Positions 1-11,900 are shown, numbered from the stretch's first letter. The stretch is DNA of 64,000 nucleotides from Octopus bimaculoides (GCF_001194135.2 NC_068983.1:164304957-164368956), one strand, 5' to 3'. Notes: generated by a model not told the origin, from the sequence alone. Translations and numbers: made by a program.

Positions 1-290
1 TACGTGTCACCCGCACGAAAATGGCCACGCTCGAAATGGTGTCTTTTATGTGCCACCTGCACAAGCCAGTCCAGGGGCACTGGCAACGATCTCACTCGAA
101 AATCCTACGGGAGTCAGTCAGGCGGTACTGGCAACGACCACGCTCAAAATGGTGCATCTCATGTGCCACCCGCACAAGAGCCAGTCCAGGAGCACTGGCA
201 ACGATCTTACTTGGCTTGCCGCGTCTTCTCACGCACAGCACATTTCCAAAGGTCTCGGTCAGTGGTCATCGCCTCGGTGAGGCCCAACAC
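1..290 (-). mobile_element. RTE-clade LINE 3' fragment (ORF C-terminus plus 3'UTR with internal direct duplication)
   Basis: Minus strand reads LGLTEAMTTDRDLWKCAVREKTRQAK*, followed by the 3'UTR motif family shared with many other copies in the window. ggcactggcaacgatct occurs twice. Confidence 0.8.
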
Positions 291-386
291 ACACACATAC
301 ATATACATATATATCTGGTGTGTGTGTGAGTGTGTATATACATATACATACACAGACACATATATATACATGAGTATGTGTGCATT

Positions 387-439
<53 letters not shown>

Positions 440-2174
440 TCACACACATATATACATATATATCTGGTGGGCATGTGAGTGCATACAGATGTATATATAT
501 ACATATATATATATATAAACACTGGCATGTATATACTTGGTGTGTGTGCATATGTGCAAGTGCGTGTATGCCTGTGCAGAGACATATGCGTAACAAATCA
601 GTCTGACCATTCAATGGATGATTCTCAGAGCAAAAAAAAAGCTAAAAAAAATATTGTATGAGATGTTCACTACTTGAGATTGTCATTTGTATGACTTTGT
701 CAGCATCCAGTTAACTAAAACAGAAAATAAAGCATGAAATAAGATATTTATAAATACCAAGAATTTATTATGTAGTTTCACAACATCTATTATTAATAAG
801 TTTTTTTACCGAATAACAAGTGACATTATGCCGATGACCAGTGGGAGGCTGAATCTGGCATATGCTATCATACGTTTGTGTAGAGTCGACTACTTCTGTT
901 ATTTTGGGAATTCCAACTAATTTATTTGTCTGTATTTTAGAATTGTTTTCTTTGCTCGCCGTGACTTACCAAGAAAAAGAAAAATAATAAAAAAGGAGGG
1001 AGAGAATGAAGTAAGATAGAAAGAAAGAAAGAAAGAAAGAATGGAAGAAGACAAGTTTGTATTTTAATGTAACATGGTTTTATGAAGCTGTGTCACTGGG
1101 GGATTTAGTTTTTTATGAATATCAGCAGAAATACATCCAAAAATTGCTGGTTTTGGCAGGCAATTTCGAAAATAGTAAAAACGAGTCACCACTAAAGGTA
1201 AAAATATGGATAAAAAGAGAACAATTAAAAAAAGTGGTCAGAGAGAATTTAAAAGAAAATGAATGCAATTGTTAAAAGTTGAAAAAGTGTTTGGAAAATG
1301 TCTTGATCTTTGTGTGGTATTGATTCGATTGATTTGTCACTTGTGAGTTAAAGAATTCTCTTTCTAATTGAGGTCCATAAATACTTGGTTATAGCATCAC
1401 CACCAAAGAATTTGTATTTTGGTGGAATGTCAGCTAATTGGAACCGACCTATTTTCTAAACTATACCTCTGGGATAATTTGAACGAAGGGCCACATGTTA
1501 TTGATCTGTATAAAATGATATGTTGTTCCAACAGTTTACAATAAGTGGTGACTACACATGGAGCTTGTTGGCAGACTAGTGAACTGAGCCAGAGAAAGTC
1601 AATTGTCTTAATCACGGACAAAGCACAATGCTGTCACCAACATTGGGATTTGCCCTTGGCAAAGACAATTTCTTGCTCATTATTCTGTCTAATTAGGATC
1701 ACAATCATATAACTTGTCTCCATAGTGTTATAGTTATCATGCGCTTCTAGTCATAACTGTGTCTTAATGGGTTTGGATAGTTCTATCATAAAATTTATAT
1801 TAGGCTGAAGTTTTTGACTCACCGTCAAAATGTCTTCATTATCTTTTTTTTATAAGTATTTCACTGGTCATTGCTTCCATGAAATTTCTCATCTTGTATC
1901 CTGTTAGCACCCACTTCTCTTCCCAGATGCATCATTTCTTTGTTGATGAGCAAAGACTCAGAAACATGTCTCTGGATGCAGGCTTAGCTGGGTGGAGGTG
2001 CTTGTCTCCCCCTTGTAAACATAAGGGCACAGGAAATGTGTCAAGGCCGACAGGAAGCAGAGCAGCTTCCTAAGTCTAACCAACAGCAGATTATTCCCTT
2101 CAGGGGACTGTCACATTACGTTGACAGCATACAACTATTTCTTAGTTGAGCTTCCTGTTAGTTATCACTGTCAC

Positions 2175-2625
2175 CATCATCATCATCATCGTTTAACGTC
2201 CGTTTTTCATGCTGGCAAGGGTTGGACGGTTTGCTTGAGGACTGGCAAGCCAGGAAGCTGCGCCAGGCTCCAATCTGATCTGGCAAAGTTTCTACAGCTG
2301 GATGCCCTTCTTAACACCACCCACTCTGAAAGTGTAGTGGGTGCTTTTTATGTGTCACTAGCACAAGGGCCAGACAGGTGGCACTGGCATTGACCATGCT
2401 CAAATGGTGCTTTTTACGTGCCACCAGCATGGGTGCCAGTCAGGTGGCACTGGCATCAGCCACGACAATGATGTCACTTGACTCAACAGGTCTTCTCAAG
2501 CACAGCATATTGCCCGATGATTGAAGGATGTTTTTAAATGGGCCAGTTACGCAACACTGGCATCGGTCATGGCCACGATCTCACTTGACTTGATGGGTCT
2601 TCTCAGTTATAAATCGTTTTGTTTT
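2175..2625 (-). mobile_element. RTE-clade LINE 3' fragment
   Basis: Reverse complement of the recurrent tail ...gggcatccagctgtagaaactttgccagatcagattggagcctgg...ccaacccttgccagcatgaaaaacggacgttaaacgatgatg with (ATG)n end. Confidence 0.8.
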
Positions 2626-2840
2626 AAATGGCTTCTTTTCTCGCACTCTTAATCTCTAGAACTCTTTTACAATCATTTTGTTTTCCTCTCATCCCTGATA
2701 TTCAGTCCTTTAAACTTTCTGTCAATCAACACCTTTTGAATATTATTGGCCCTTCTTTTCCTTTTTCGTAGTCCTTTATGCTACAGGAACATGGAGCTTT
2801 ATTTAAGTCAGAATCACCAACAAAAGAAAAAAAAGAACAC

Positions 2841-2951
2841 GCAAGCAGACAAAATCACGTGTCTGTCAGTGTCCTTATGGAGTTGTGTTGATGTTACTGG
2901 TTGACACAACTCCATAAGAACACTGACAGACACGTGATTTTGTTTGTTTGC
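2841..2951. repeat. Near-perfect inverted repeat (~48-bp arms, 15-nt loop)
   Basis: 2849-2888 acaaaatcacgtgtctgtcagtgtccttatggagttgtgt is the reverse complement of 2904-2943 with one mismatch; the stem extends by G-U pairs. Confidence 0.95.
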
Positions 2952-2952
2952 T

Positions 2953-3112
2953 TTCGTCTGTCTTTACGTTCAGAGTTCAAATTCTGCTGAGGTCGACTTT
3001 GCCATTCATCATTTCGGGTTCGATAAATTGAGTACCAGTTGTGTACTGGTGGTCGATCTAATTGACTGGCCCCCTACCCCAAAATTTCGGGCCTTGTGCC
3101 TAGAGTAGAAAG
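2953..3112 (+). mobile_element. SINE family B (tRNA-derived), 5'-truncated
   Basis: B-box-like gagttcaaattc, central gtcgactttgccattcatcatttcgggttcgataaatt motif and gccttgtgcctagagtagaaa end, as in about 20 other copies. Confidence 0.85.
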
Positions 3113-3169
3113 GAATACTGGTTGACCCAGTATCAACATGGTTAGACTGCTCTGTGTAAGGCATTGTTG

Positions 3170-3720
3170 AATAGTGTTTGTTAGGTTAGATAGTTGTGTG
3201 TTAATGTTGTGATGTAGCTCTATGTTAATCTCATTGGATAGCTGCATGTTAGTATTGTTGGATAGCTTTATTAGTGTTGTCAAGTAGCTCTGTTAGTGTT
3301 GTTGGACAACTCTATTAGTGTTGTTGGATAGCTCTGTTAGTGTTGTCAGATAAATCAGTGTTATCAGATAGCCTTGCTAGTGTTGTTGGATAGCTCTGTT
3401 TGTGTTGTTGGCTCTCGTTAGCTCTGTTTGTGTTGTTGGCTCTCGTTAGCTCTGTTAGTGTTTTGGATAGCTCTATTAGTGCTGTTGTATAACACTTTTA
3501 GTGTTGTTAGCTCTATCAGTGTTGTTAGCTGTGTTAGTATTGCTGGATAGTTGTATTAGTGTTGTTGGATAGCTATCTTAGTGTTGCTCAATAGTTCTGT
3601 TAGTGTTGTTACAATTTTCTACTTTAGTTTAATAACATATCTCAGTTTTAGTGCGTTGAACAACTTGCAATCAGAGTTGTTATAGCTCTGTTAGTGTCGT
3701 TAAATACATCTGTGTTAATC
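3170..3720. repeat. Degenerate minisatellite, ~24-bp unit gtgttgttggatagctctgttagt
   Basis: Unit or partial units visibly recur throughout the interval. Confidence 0.85.
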
Positions 3721-4697
3721 TTTCTTGTTAGACAGCTCTATCCTTGTGCTGCTGCTGGGGAGCTCTCATCAACAATATAAAAATAAACTGCAGATCAAGG
3801 AATCATCAATATGGCCATCCATAATTCTTCATAATGATCCACCGAATTCAATATTGTGTAATTCGAAGCAGGCCATGTGTATGATTATAATGTATTTTAT
3901 TAGCATCAAATAGTTGAAAGGCTAAGCCAACTCTAGCAGGATTAAATCTATGAGCTGTGAGACCTGAAACACAGCTTAGATCGGCATTTTAGCGATGATT
4001 AATTGTAACATGTTGGAACAGGTCACCAGAAGAAAGCCCCAGCTATTCAACTCTTTATCTGGATGTTTGATAAAGGTTCAGAAATTTCATTTTAATTGGT
4101 TTTCACTAATTTTTCAATGGTTACATCAAACTTGTTGGTTGACATATATAAATTAAAAAAACACAAAACAAAGCAAATTGCTGATTAAAATGAAGTGTAA
4201 TAGTTGCAAGCAGAAGTTGAACTGTACACATTAATTTTAATTCTGATTTATGGTGTTGTGAATCAAAGACTCAGATTGCTTGGAAAATGGTCCTTGTGTG
4301 AAGACGAGGTGGATCTGATTTTTTATCTTCAGCTTTTAGTTGCTTCATTCATTAGACTGTGGTCATGCTGGGGCACTGCCTCGGAAAGTTTTGTCAAATA
4401 AATCAACAACAGTAACTATTTTCTTTTTTTTCTTTTTTGTAGTCTGATATTCATTTTATTGGTCTCTCTTGTCAAACTGCTAAGGCATGGGAATGTAAAC
4501 AAACCAAAACTGGTTGTCGAGGCAGTGGTGGTGAAGGAGAAACATAAACACACTCCTCCTCCTCCTCCTCCTCCTCNNNNNNNNNNNNNNNNNNNNNNNN
4601 NNNNNNNNNNNNNNNNNNCATCATCATCATCATCATCATCATCATCGTTGTCGTTGTTGTCGTCGTTGTCATCGTCGCCGCTGCCACCGCCGCCACC

Positions 4698-4731
<34 letters not shown>

Positions 4732-4734
4732 TCA

Positions 4735-4965
4735 TTTAATGTCTGCTTTCAATGCTGGCATGGGTTGGGCAGTTTGACAGGGACTGGCAAGGCTGGAGGG
4801 CTGCAGCAGTCTTCAGTCATCTGTTTCTGGCATGGTCTCTATGGCTAGATGTCCTTACTAACACCAACCAAAGACTGTAAGGGGGGGGGGGCTGCTTTCT
4901 ATGTGGAGCCACCATTGATGTACTTTACATGACACTGGCATGGGTGACTTTTGTGTGACACCAAC
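4735..4965 (-). mobile_element. RTE LINE 3' fragment (diverged)
   Basis: (CAT)n then ttaatgtctgctttcaatgctggcatgggttgg, the reverse complement of the RTE tail. Confidence 0.7.
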
Positions 4966-5028
4966 ATGGGTGGTCTTTATGTGATTCCAACATGAGAGCT
5001 TTTTACATGGCACCATTGGGAAACTGTT

Positions 5029-5067
<39 letters not shown>

Positions 5068-5114
5068 GATATATGCATGTATCTCATGGAGACAAAGTGG
5101 CTGAGTTCCTTTTG

Positions 5115-5465
5115 GGTGTCGGGCCTCATGAGGGCAATGAATGAGATTTTTGGCTTTATGTCATGCTTGAGAAGAGGACCCATCAAGCTGAGCAAAATCG
5201 CAATCATGGCAGGTAGAGGTGTCATGCAAATTAGTACCTATTGGCACGTAAAAGCATCCCAGTGACATGCAAATGCCACCAGTGCCAGTGGCATGTCAAA
5301 GCACCCATTAAACTCTTGGAGTGGTTGGCATTAGGAAGAGCATCCAGCTGTAGAAAACCATGCCAAATCAGACCGGAGCATGGTGCAGCCTTTCAGTGTG
5401 CCAGCCCAGTCAAACCGTCCAACCCATGCCAGCATGGACAACAGACGTTAAATGATGATGATGGT
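5115..5465 (+). mobile_element. RTE LINE 3' fragment
   Basis: tggttggcattaggaagagcatccagctgtagaaa...ccaacccatgccagcatggacaacagacgttaaatgatgatg. Confidence 0.8.
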
Positions 5466-6190
5466 GATATATATATACAAGTTAACAGTATTTTACACAG
5501 TTCCTATGTCCAAAATTTCCTCACTAGGCATTGGTCAGTGCCAAGGATTATAGTAGAAGACACAAGCCTAAGTTGCTGCACATTGGGACTGAACCTGAAG
5601 CCATGTGATTGCAAAGTGAGTTTTCTAACCACACTACCATGCCAGTAGTTCTATGTAGTTTCCATTTTCTTTTATTCTTTTTTGTATTTTTTATATTTCA
5701 AAGCAAAACTATGTAAAACATAATAAACAAAGTAAATAAATAAAATTATAAAAAGAAATATTTTGAATTTAAAGTTTCGTTTTTGATTTTGTAATGAGTT
5801 TCCATAAATACCTGAACAATTCATTGAATATTTCTGATAAAAATATTTTTAAAATAATTCTCTAACTTCATTATTTATGTAAATCTACATTTCCGCAAGA
5901 TGGATGTTTACGATTAATTCGTAAATTAGTGTTGGAAATTCTAAACAAATTATTTGTTGTGCCAATAAACAGAAGCCGAAATTCCCCTCACTACCTAGAT
6001 GTACCATCCATGTATCACGCATGCCTCTACTATAATGGCTTCTTTTCTAAATGTGCTGTCAACATGCTTGGCAATAGCAGAAATCGGTTAGTAGCAGAAT
6101 CGGTCAGCAGAAATCGGTCAGTAATTGGTCAGTAATGGAAGTTACTGAAATACTTTATAACTAACTTAAAGATTTAAAATGTTTGATAAG

Positions 6191-6430
6191 TATATGGCGT
6201 AGTGGTTAAGAGCGCGGGATACTAACCCCAAGATTCCAAGTTCGATTCCAGGCAGTGATCTGAACAATAATAATAATAATAACATTGAAAAATACCTTAG
6301 GAATGAGAACTCAGGTTTGAAATTTCCTCAAGACACTTGAAGAAGGCTGGAGGGTATATCAGCCGAAACGTTGTGTTAACAACAAACAAGATGAGGACAA
6401 ATATACGTCAAATGTAAATAATGTAAATAA
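6191..6430 (+). mobile_element. tRNA-headed SINE-like element with hammerhead-ribozyme tail (family D)
   Basis: A box TGGCGTAGTGG 6195-6205, B box GTTCGATTCC 6240-6249, (AAT)n linker, hammerhead 6333-6376 and terminal (ATGTAAATA)x2. The head is repeated at 26588-26660. Confidence 0.75.
6333..6376 (+). ncRNA. Minimal type I hammerhead ribozyme motif (C3U variant)
   Basis: Stem I ACAC/GTGT; core TTGAAGA; extra A; stem II GGCTG/CAGCC; GAA; palindromic stem III ACGT; predicted cleavage after GUU at 6372. Confidence 0.75.
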
Positions 6431-6744
6431 TTCAAAGATTTTTCTTTTTAATTGTATCTAATGCTACTTAGTTTGTTCTGCTCAAAGAGGTCTGGGTTTT
6501 GCTTTAAAGATGATGATGAGGATGGCTAAAATCATTCTTGATTATACTAGTCATGTCAAGTTTGAAAAATCAAAGGCAAGGATGTCACTGACTTCTTCCA
6601 CTTTAGTAGTAGTAGTAGTAAGAGGAGGAGGAAGAAGCGAAGGGGAAGAAGAGGAGTGGAGAGAGGGGTGAAGAAGAAAGAGGAGAAGGAGAAGTAGCAG
6701 GAAGGGAAAGAGCAGCATCAGTATATCCATAAAATGTATATTCT

Positions 6745-6955
6745 TTTTTACTCTAGGCAAAAGGCCCGAAATTTTGGGGAGGGAGGGGGCCAGTCAATTA
6801 GATTGACCCCAGTACGCAAATGGCACTTAATTTATCAATCCTGAAAGGATAAAAGGCAAAGTCGACCTCAGTGGAATTTGAACTCAGTACATAAAGACAG
6901 ACAAAATGCTGCTAAGAATGTCACCTGGTGTGCTAATGTTTCTGCCAGCTCACCA
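6745..6955 (-). mobile_element. SINE family B
   Basis: tactctaggcaaaaggcccgaaattttgggga...gtcgacctcagtggaatttgaactcag, the reverse complement of the family consensus. Confidence 0.85.
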
Positions 6956-7229
6956 CTTTCATAAAATGCATATTAGTCTTCCTATGAATCCGATAAAATT
7001 AAAACAGCCATTTATAGACAATTTTGGTGAATATTTAAAGAATACAAACATTTACCTCATCCAAAAGTCTGGAACCATTTCCTTGCGATGCTTGGAAAGC
7101 ATCAATAAGTTGGCAAAGGACTTCTCCCTTTGAAATATCTTCAACTGTAACCAGTTTCGAAAATTCTGTATTTTCAAGAACAGATGTGGCCCAATTGAGG
7201 TAAACCTGATAATGATAATAATAATAATG

Positions 7230-7287
<58 letters not shown>

Positions 7288-7328
7288 TGATGATCATGAT
7301 CATGATAGTAATAATAATAGTAATGATA

Positions 7329-7360
<32 letters not shown>

Positions 7361-7367
7361 AATGATA

Positions 7368-7710
7368 AATTGCTTTCTAATCGATGTCTCAATAACGACA
7401 GATGACAATGTGTCTCTAAAAGGAATGGAGACAATTTCAAAATACAAAAGTTTGGAAATAGAGGTAACTCGAATGTAGGTTCATTAGGTATGATAAAAAA
7501 ATATTCAGACAAATACATAAGAAAAACACCAGGACTTACAGATGTGTATAACATACAGAAAATAGCACTACGAGGCACCGCACACATCCTACATAAAACG
7601 CTTTCAATACAGTAGCCATAAGAGCATCACAATAAACTACAGCCTATACCCAAGGCACAGACCTGCACTCAGTAGCGAAGTGAAAGCATATAATAAAAAT
7701 AAGACTGAAT
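7368..7710 (+). mobile_element. R4/Dong-like RLE non-LTR retrotransposon 3' fragment
   Basis: CFLIDVSITTDDNVSLKGMETISKYKSLEIEVTRM (D...E...K.KY nuclease core) plus the 3'UTR shared with 8407-8728; flanked by (AAT/GAT)n. Confidence 0.8.
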
Positions 7711-7767
7711 AATAATGATGATGATGATGATGATGATAACAACAATAATAATGATAATGATAATAAT

Positions 7768-8312
7768 AAATGCCCGGATGCAGTACCAGGCAATGGCTCT
7801 CATGGCTTCTGATCTTAATTGATTTGAAGTGATATCATGTACATTGTTTTGTCTTGGTATAAAAAATGACCTACAGCAAATATTCTGCTCAATACCACAG
7901 ATTTGCTTGTCAGTTATTTGACCTTAACCAGTTGAGCATGTCCCTTGGTGGCTGACGATATGTGCATCTCTGATCACGAGCAGAAGTAGTGGGGGAGCAT
8001 CATAGTCATGTGTTGAGAGGAGTTCTTTGGGGTTTGAATCATTCACCTTTGGAAACATGGGTGTTTCGTTCAACATCCTTAAACTAACCTTATTCAGTGA
8101 CCTTTTGAGCGGGATGGGCTACTCGACCTGAAAAAGATTCTAACTGGGCCCAACCTGCAAGGTCATGCGCTGTTTATCTTGATACAAGATCATGTCGTGC
8201 ACATATGGTTGTGATGCATGCGCCTGGTGTACCCTTATCAGACGAGTAGTCATGATGGGTATATTGGGCTTCGTATGTTTTATCCCAGTGTCACTTTGAT
8301 GGCATGCACTGC
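7768..8312 (-). mobile_element. Unclassified ~540-bp interspersed element embedded in (AAT)n
   Basis: Higher-GC, non-coding block bounded on both sides by (AAT)n. Single copy here, so repeat status and strand are inferred. Confidence 0.4.
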
Positions 8313-8322
8313 TCTCTCACTC

Positions 8323-8375
<53 letters not shown>

Positions 8376-8406
8376 TGATGATGATGATGATGATGATGAT
8401 AATAAT

Positions 8407-8728
8407 AAGAAGAATGGAGAAACTTTGAAAATACAAAGATTTGGGTCGCGAATGTGGAATCTAAAATCAGAAACAATTCCTGTCATAGTAGGTACATTAC
8501 GTATGATTAAAAAATATTCAGATAAATACATAACAAAAACACCAGGACTAACAAGTATATATAACATACAGAAAATTGCACTACTGGGCACTGCACACTT
8601 CCTGAGTAAAACACTTTCAATACAGTAACCATAAGAGCACCACAGCAAACAACAGCACATACCCAAGGCGCACAGAGCTGCGCTCGGTAGTGAAGTGAAA
8701 GCATGTGATAAAAATAAAACTACTGAAC
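8407..8728 (+). mobile_element. R4/Dong-like RLE LINE 3' fragment
   Basis: RMWNLKSETIPVIVGTLRMIKKYSDKYITKTPGLTSIYNIQKIALLGTAHFLSKTLSIQ* then 3'UTR and (AAT)n. Confidence 0.8.
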
Positions 8729-9255
8729 AATAATAATAATAATAATAATAACTACAGCAACAACAACAACAACTACTACTACTATTACTACTACTACAAA
8801 GTTGATGAGAAATACTGTTGTCTAATGCTGTTATCTCTTTTTTTGTGGGATGAAATATTATTGCTGCAATACGTATTGATTTAATGTACAGTCATACGAC
8901 CAACAGTTCATACAGAATTGAAACAATAGAACAAAGAACAAAGAATAAAGAATAAAGAATTTTATCAAAATAAATTTCAAGAAAAAATAGTTTTCCACTT
9001 AGAATTAAGTCTTGAAAATAGAAAATATATTGAAACAACTTATTTCAGATGAAATGTAGATGAAATATTACAGAAGTCTGAAAGTTCACTGTAATTTAAT
9101 AAAACGGACGGTGACAGGAGAGGAAACTGTGAATGTGAATGGAGGTAAATGGCTGGGGGGTTAGAAAGCTACAGGGTGCCAGGTTCAATCTCTCTTCACA
9201 GCACTTTGGACATGTGCTTTCTATCATAGTCCCACGTTGACGAATAACTTATCGT

Positions 9256-9532
9256 TTGTTTGTTTCAGTCATTAGACTGCGGCCATGCTGGGGCATTTCT
9301 TTGCAGAATTTTAGTTGAATGCATCGACTCCAATAGTTATTTTTTTAAAAGCCTGGTACTTATTCTATCATTCTTCTTTGCTGAACTGCTAAGTTATGGG
9401 ATGTAAATACAACAGCATAAGTTGTCAGGCAGTAGTGGGGACAAGCACAGATACAAAGACATACACACACACACACACACACAAATCTATCTCTTTATCT
9501 ATCTATCTATCTATAAATATATGTATGTGTGC

Positions 9533-9579
<47 letters not shown>

Positions 9580-9710
9580 ACAGGCTTCTTTTAGTTTCCA
9601 TCTACCAAATCCACTCAGATGACTTTGCTCAGCCTGAGATTAAAGCAGAAAACATTTGCCCAAGGTGCCACACAGGGGGACTGAACTCAGAACCGTGTGG
9701 TTGGGAAGCA
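9256..9710 (-). mobile_element. SINE family A (tRNA head, CORE-like ttgggcaa motif, internal microsatellite)
   Basis: gtttcagtcattagactgcggccatgctgg at the 3' end, internal (CA)/(TG)n, and ggcttctttagtttccatctaccaaatccactc...caaggtgccac at the head. Confidence 0.85.
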
Positions 9711-9859
9711 ATAGAATTTGTTAGATGGAAACTGTGGAGAAGCCTGTCATGTAATTGATAAGTAAAACCCTTGCTGGGTATCAATAGTCTGATAGCAACG
9801 AGAAAAAAATGTGTGTTTTATTTGATGATCAATAAGGAATTTAAGAAGAGAATATGTGA

Positions 9860-10210
9860 GTGAAAGCTGGTAAGTTAGACATGAGTTTGTGATTTCATTT
9901 CCAGTATAAGACTGAAACTTAATTTTATCAACCCTGGAAGGATGAAAGACAAAGTTGATCTTAGCGTGATTTGAATTCAGCCCATAAAGAAGCACAAGAA
10001 ATATTCTTTTCTACTCTAGGCACAAGGCCTGAAATTTTTGGGAGGGAGGGCAGTCGATTAGACAACCCCAGTATGCAACTGGTACTTAATTTATTGACTC
10101 TGAAAGGATGAAAGGCAAAGTCGACCTCGGTAGAATTTGAACCCAAAATAAGACAGACAAAGTACTGTTAAGCATTTCACCTGGTGTGCTAACAATTTTG
10201 CTTGCTCACA
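9860..10210 (-). mobile_element. Two adjacent SINE family B copies
   Basis: ccctggaaggatgaaagacaaagttgatc and ctgaaaggatgaaaggcaaagtcgacctcgg motifs. Confidence 0.75.
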
Positions 10211-10469
10211 GACTTAGGCACAAGAAATATTGCCAAAGATTTTGTCCTACTCTCTAACAATTCTGCCTGTAAACCAAAATTATTAATATGTGATTTGGAT
10301 ACACACAGGCCTTGTGAAGATGATGTTAATAGGGTGAGAACTAATTGTCTGGTTGGCAATAACTTACATCAGAATATTATAAAAGTTCATAGTTATTACC
10401 AGCACTATAATGTGTCCATTGTCAACACCATTAACTTTTGCCGACTTCTTTCAAATATTAGTAATAATA

Positions 10470-10524
<55 letters not shown>

Positions 10525-10525
<1 letters not shown>

Positions 10526-10772
10526 TATAGGCTCATGGGAACTGCCCATATCCTACATAAAATACTGCTTATGTAATCTCAAACTTTTAAAACAAACTCA
10601 TAATTGTCTTATGTTTTCTTAAACATTCTCTAGAACAATACTATGTACAAAACCAAATATATGGCACCCTAGGCATAACACCAACACGAACTTCTAACTT
10701 GTTGTCTCTTGACGTCTCTGGGTGAGACTTGGAGCCAACTTGTACAAATACAAAGCAAAAGTCAAACATATA
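10525..10772 (+). mobile_element. RLE-LINE extreme 3' fragment, distinct subfamily
   Basis: LMGTAHILHKILLM* matches the GTAH.L.K.L terminus of the neighbouring fragments but has a different 3'UTR; (AAT)n on both sides. Confidence 0.65.
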
Positions 10773-10773
10773 C

Positions 10774-10819
<46 letters not shown>

Positions 10820-10823
<4 letters not shown>

Positions 10824-11685
10824 CTAAAACTAGAACAGCAACAAATCATGATAAAATGATGGCAAGAAAAGCCTCTTCATGGCAAATACTGGGCTAAACT
10901 AAAAAAAAGAAATGGACAAAGCAGAACCGAAGCAATGGCTGAGAAGCTCAAGACTCAAAGCAGAGACTGAAGGATTTTTAATTGCAGCACCAGATCAAAG
11001 CCTCCCCAGCAAAAATTACCAAAAACATGGAAAGCGGACGTTAAACAATGATGATGATGATGATGATGTAATGAAAAGATATATGAGTATTTGCAGAATA
11101 TGTGGAGATGGAGAAGGTACGATAAATCATATTGTCTCTGGCTGCCCAGTCCTGGCTAAGAAGGAATATATTCACAGACACGACAGAGCTGGGACCTATA
11201 TACACTGGAAGCTATGCCAACACAATGGAATAACAACAGAAAAAAGATGGTATAGGCACACGCCAGAAAAGGTCACAGAAAATGAGAAACCAATTATACT
11301 TGAGGAGATGCCAATACACACAGATAGAGAAATTAAGGCCAATAGGCCAAATATAGTTGTCAAAGATCATGAAGAAAAAAATGCTTTCTAATCGATGTAT
11401 CAATACCAGCAGATGACAACGCTTCCCTAAAAGAAATGGAGAAACTTTCAAAATACAGAAATCTGGAAATAGAGGTAACTCGAATGTGGAGTCTAAAACA
11501 GACACAATTCCTATCATAGTAAGCGCATTATTTATGATAAAGATATTCACACAAATACATAACCAAAACACCAGGACTAACAAATATATATATATACACA
11601 CAGAAAATAGCTACTATGCACCGCACACATCCTACATAAAACACTTTCAATACAGTAAAAATAAGAGCATCACAACACATAACCA
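10820..11685 (+). pseudogene. R4/Dong-like RLE LINE: CCHC zinc knuckle plus restriction-like endonuclease, frameshifted
   Basis: WQEKPLHGKY / WLRSSRLKAETEGFLIAAPDQ / CRICGDGEGTINHIVSGCPVLAKKEYIHRHD / RPNIVVKD / LIDVSIPADD...KEMEKLSKY. Confidence 0.9.
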
Positions 11686-11900
11686 TGGCTCCTCTGGCCC
11701 CTCTGCTGGTGGCACATAAAAAGCACCCACTACACTCTCGGAGTGGTTGGCGTTAGGAAGAGCATCCAGCTGTAGAAACACTGCCAGATCAGATTGGAGC
11801 CTGGTGCAGCCTCCTGGCTTCCTAGACCCCAGTTAAACCATCCAACCCATGCCAGCATGGAAAACGGACATTCAACGATGATGATGATGATGATGATGAT
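11686..11900 (+). mobile_element. RTE LINE 3' fragment inserted in the RLE-LINE 3'UTR
   Basis: Canonical tail ending (GAT)n at about 11900. Confidence 0.85.

Noticed and set aside
1823-1900. Minus-strand G|GTGAGT donor at 1822
   Set aside because: All three frames have stops just upstream and there is no plausible acceptor.
6191-6262. Possible tRNA gene (also 26588-26660 and 45625-45700)
   Set aside because: A and B boxes are present but no acceptor stem can be formed, and the sequences continue into SINE bodies.
10202-10576. ORF with kinase-like DLGTRNI...KLLICDLD
   Set aside because: The first part is a decayed SINE B copy (aagaaatattgccaaagattttgtcc...ctaacaattctgcc); there are no HRD or DFG motifs and the end is (AAT)n plus a LINE tail.
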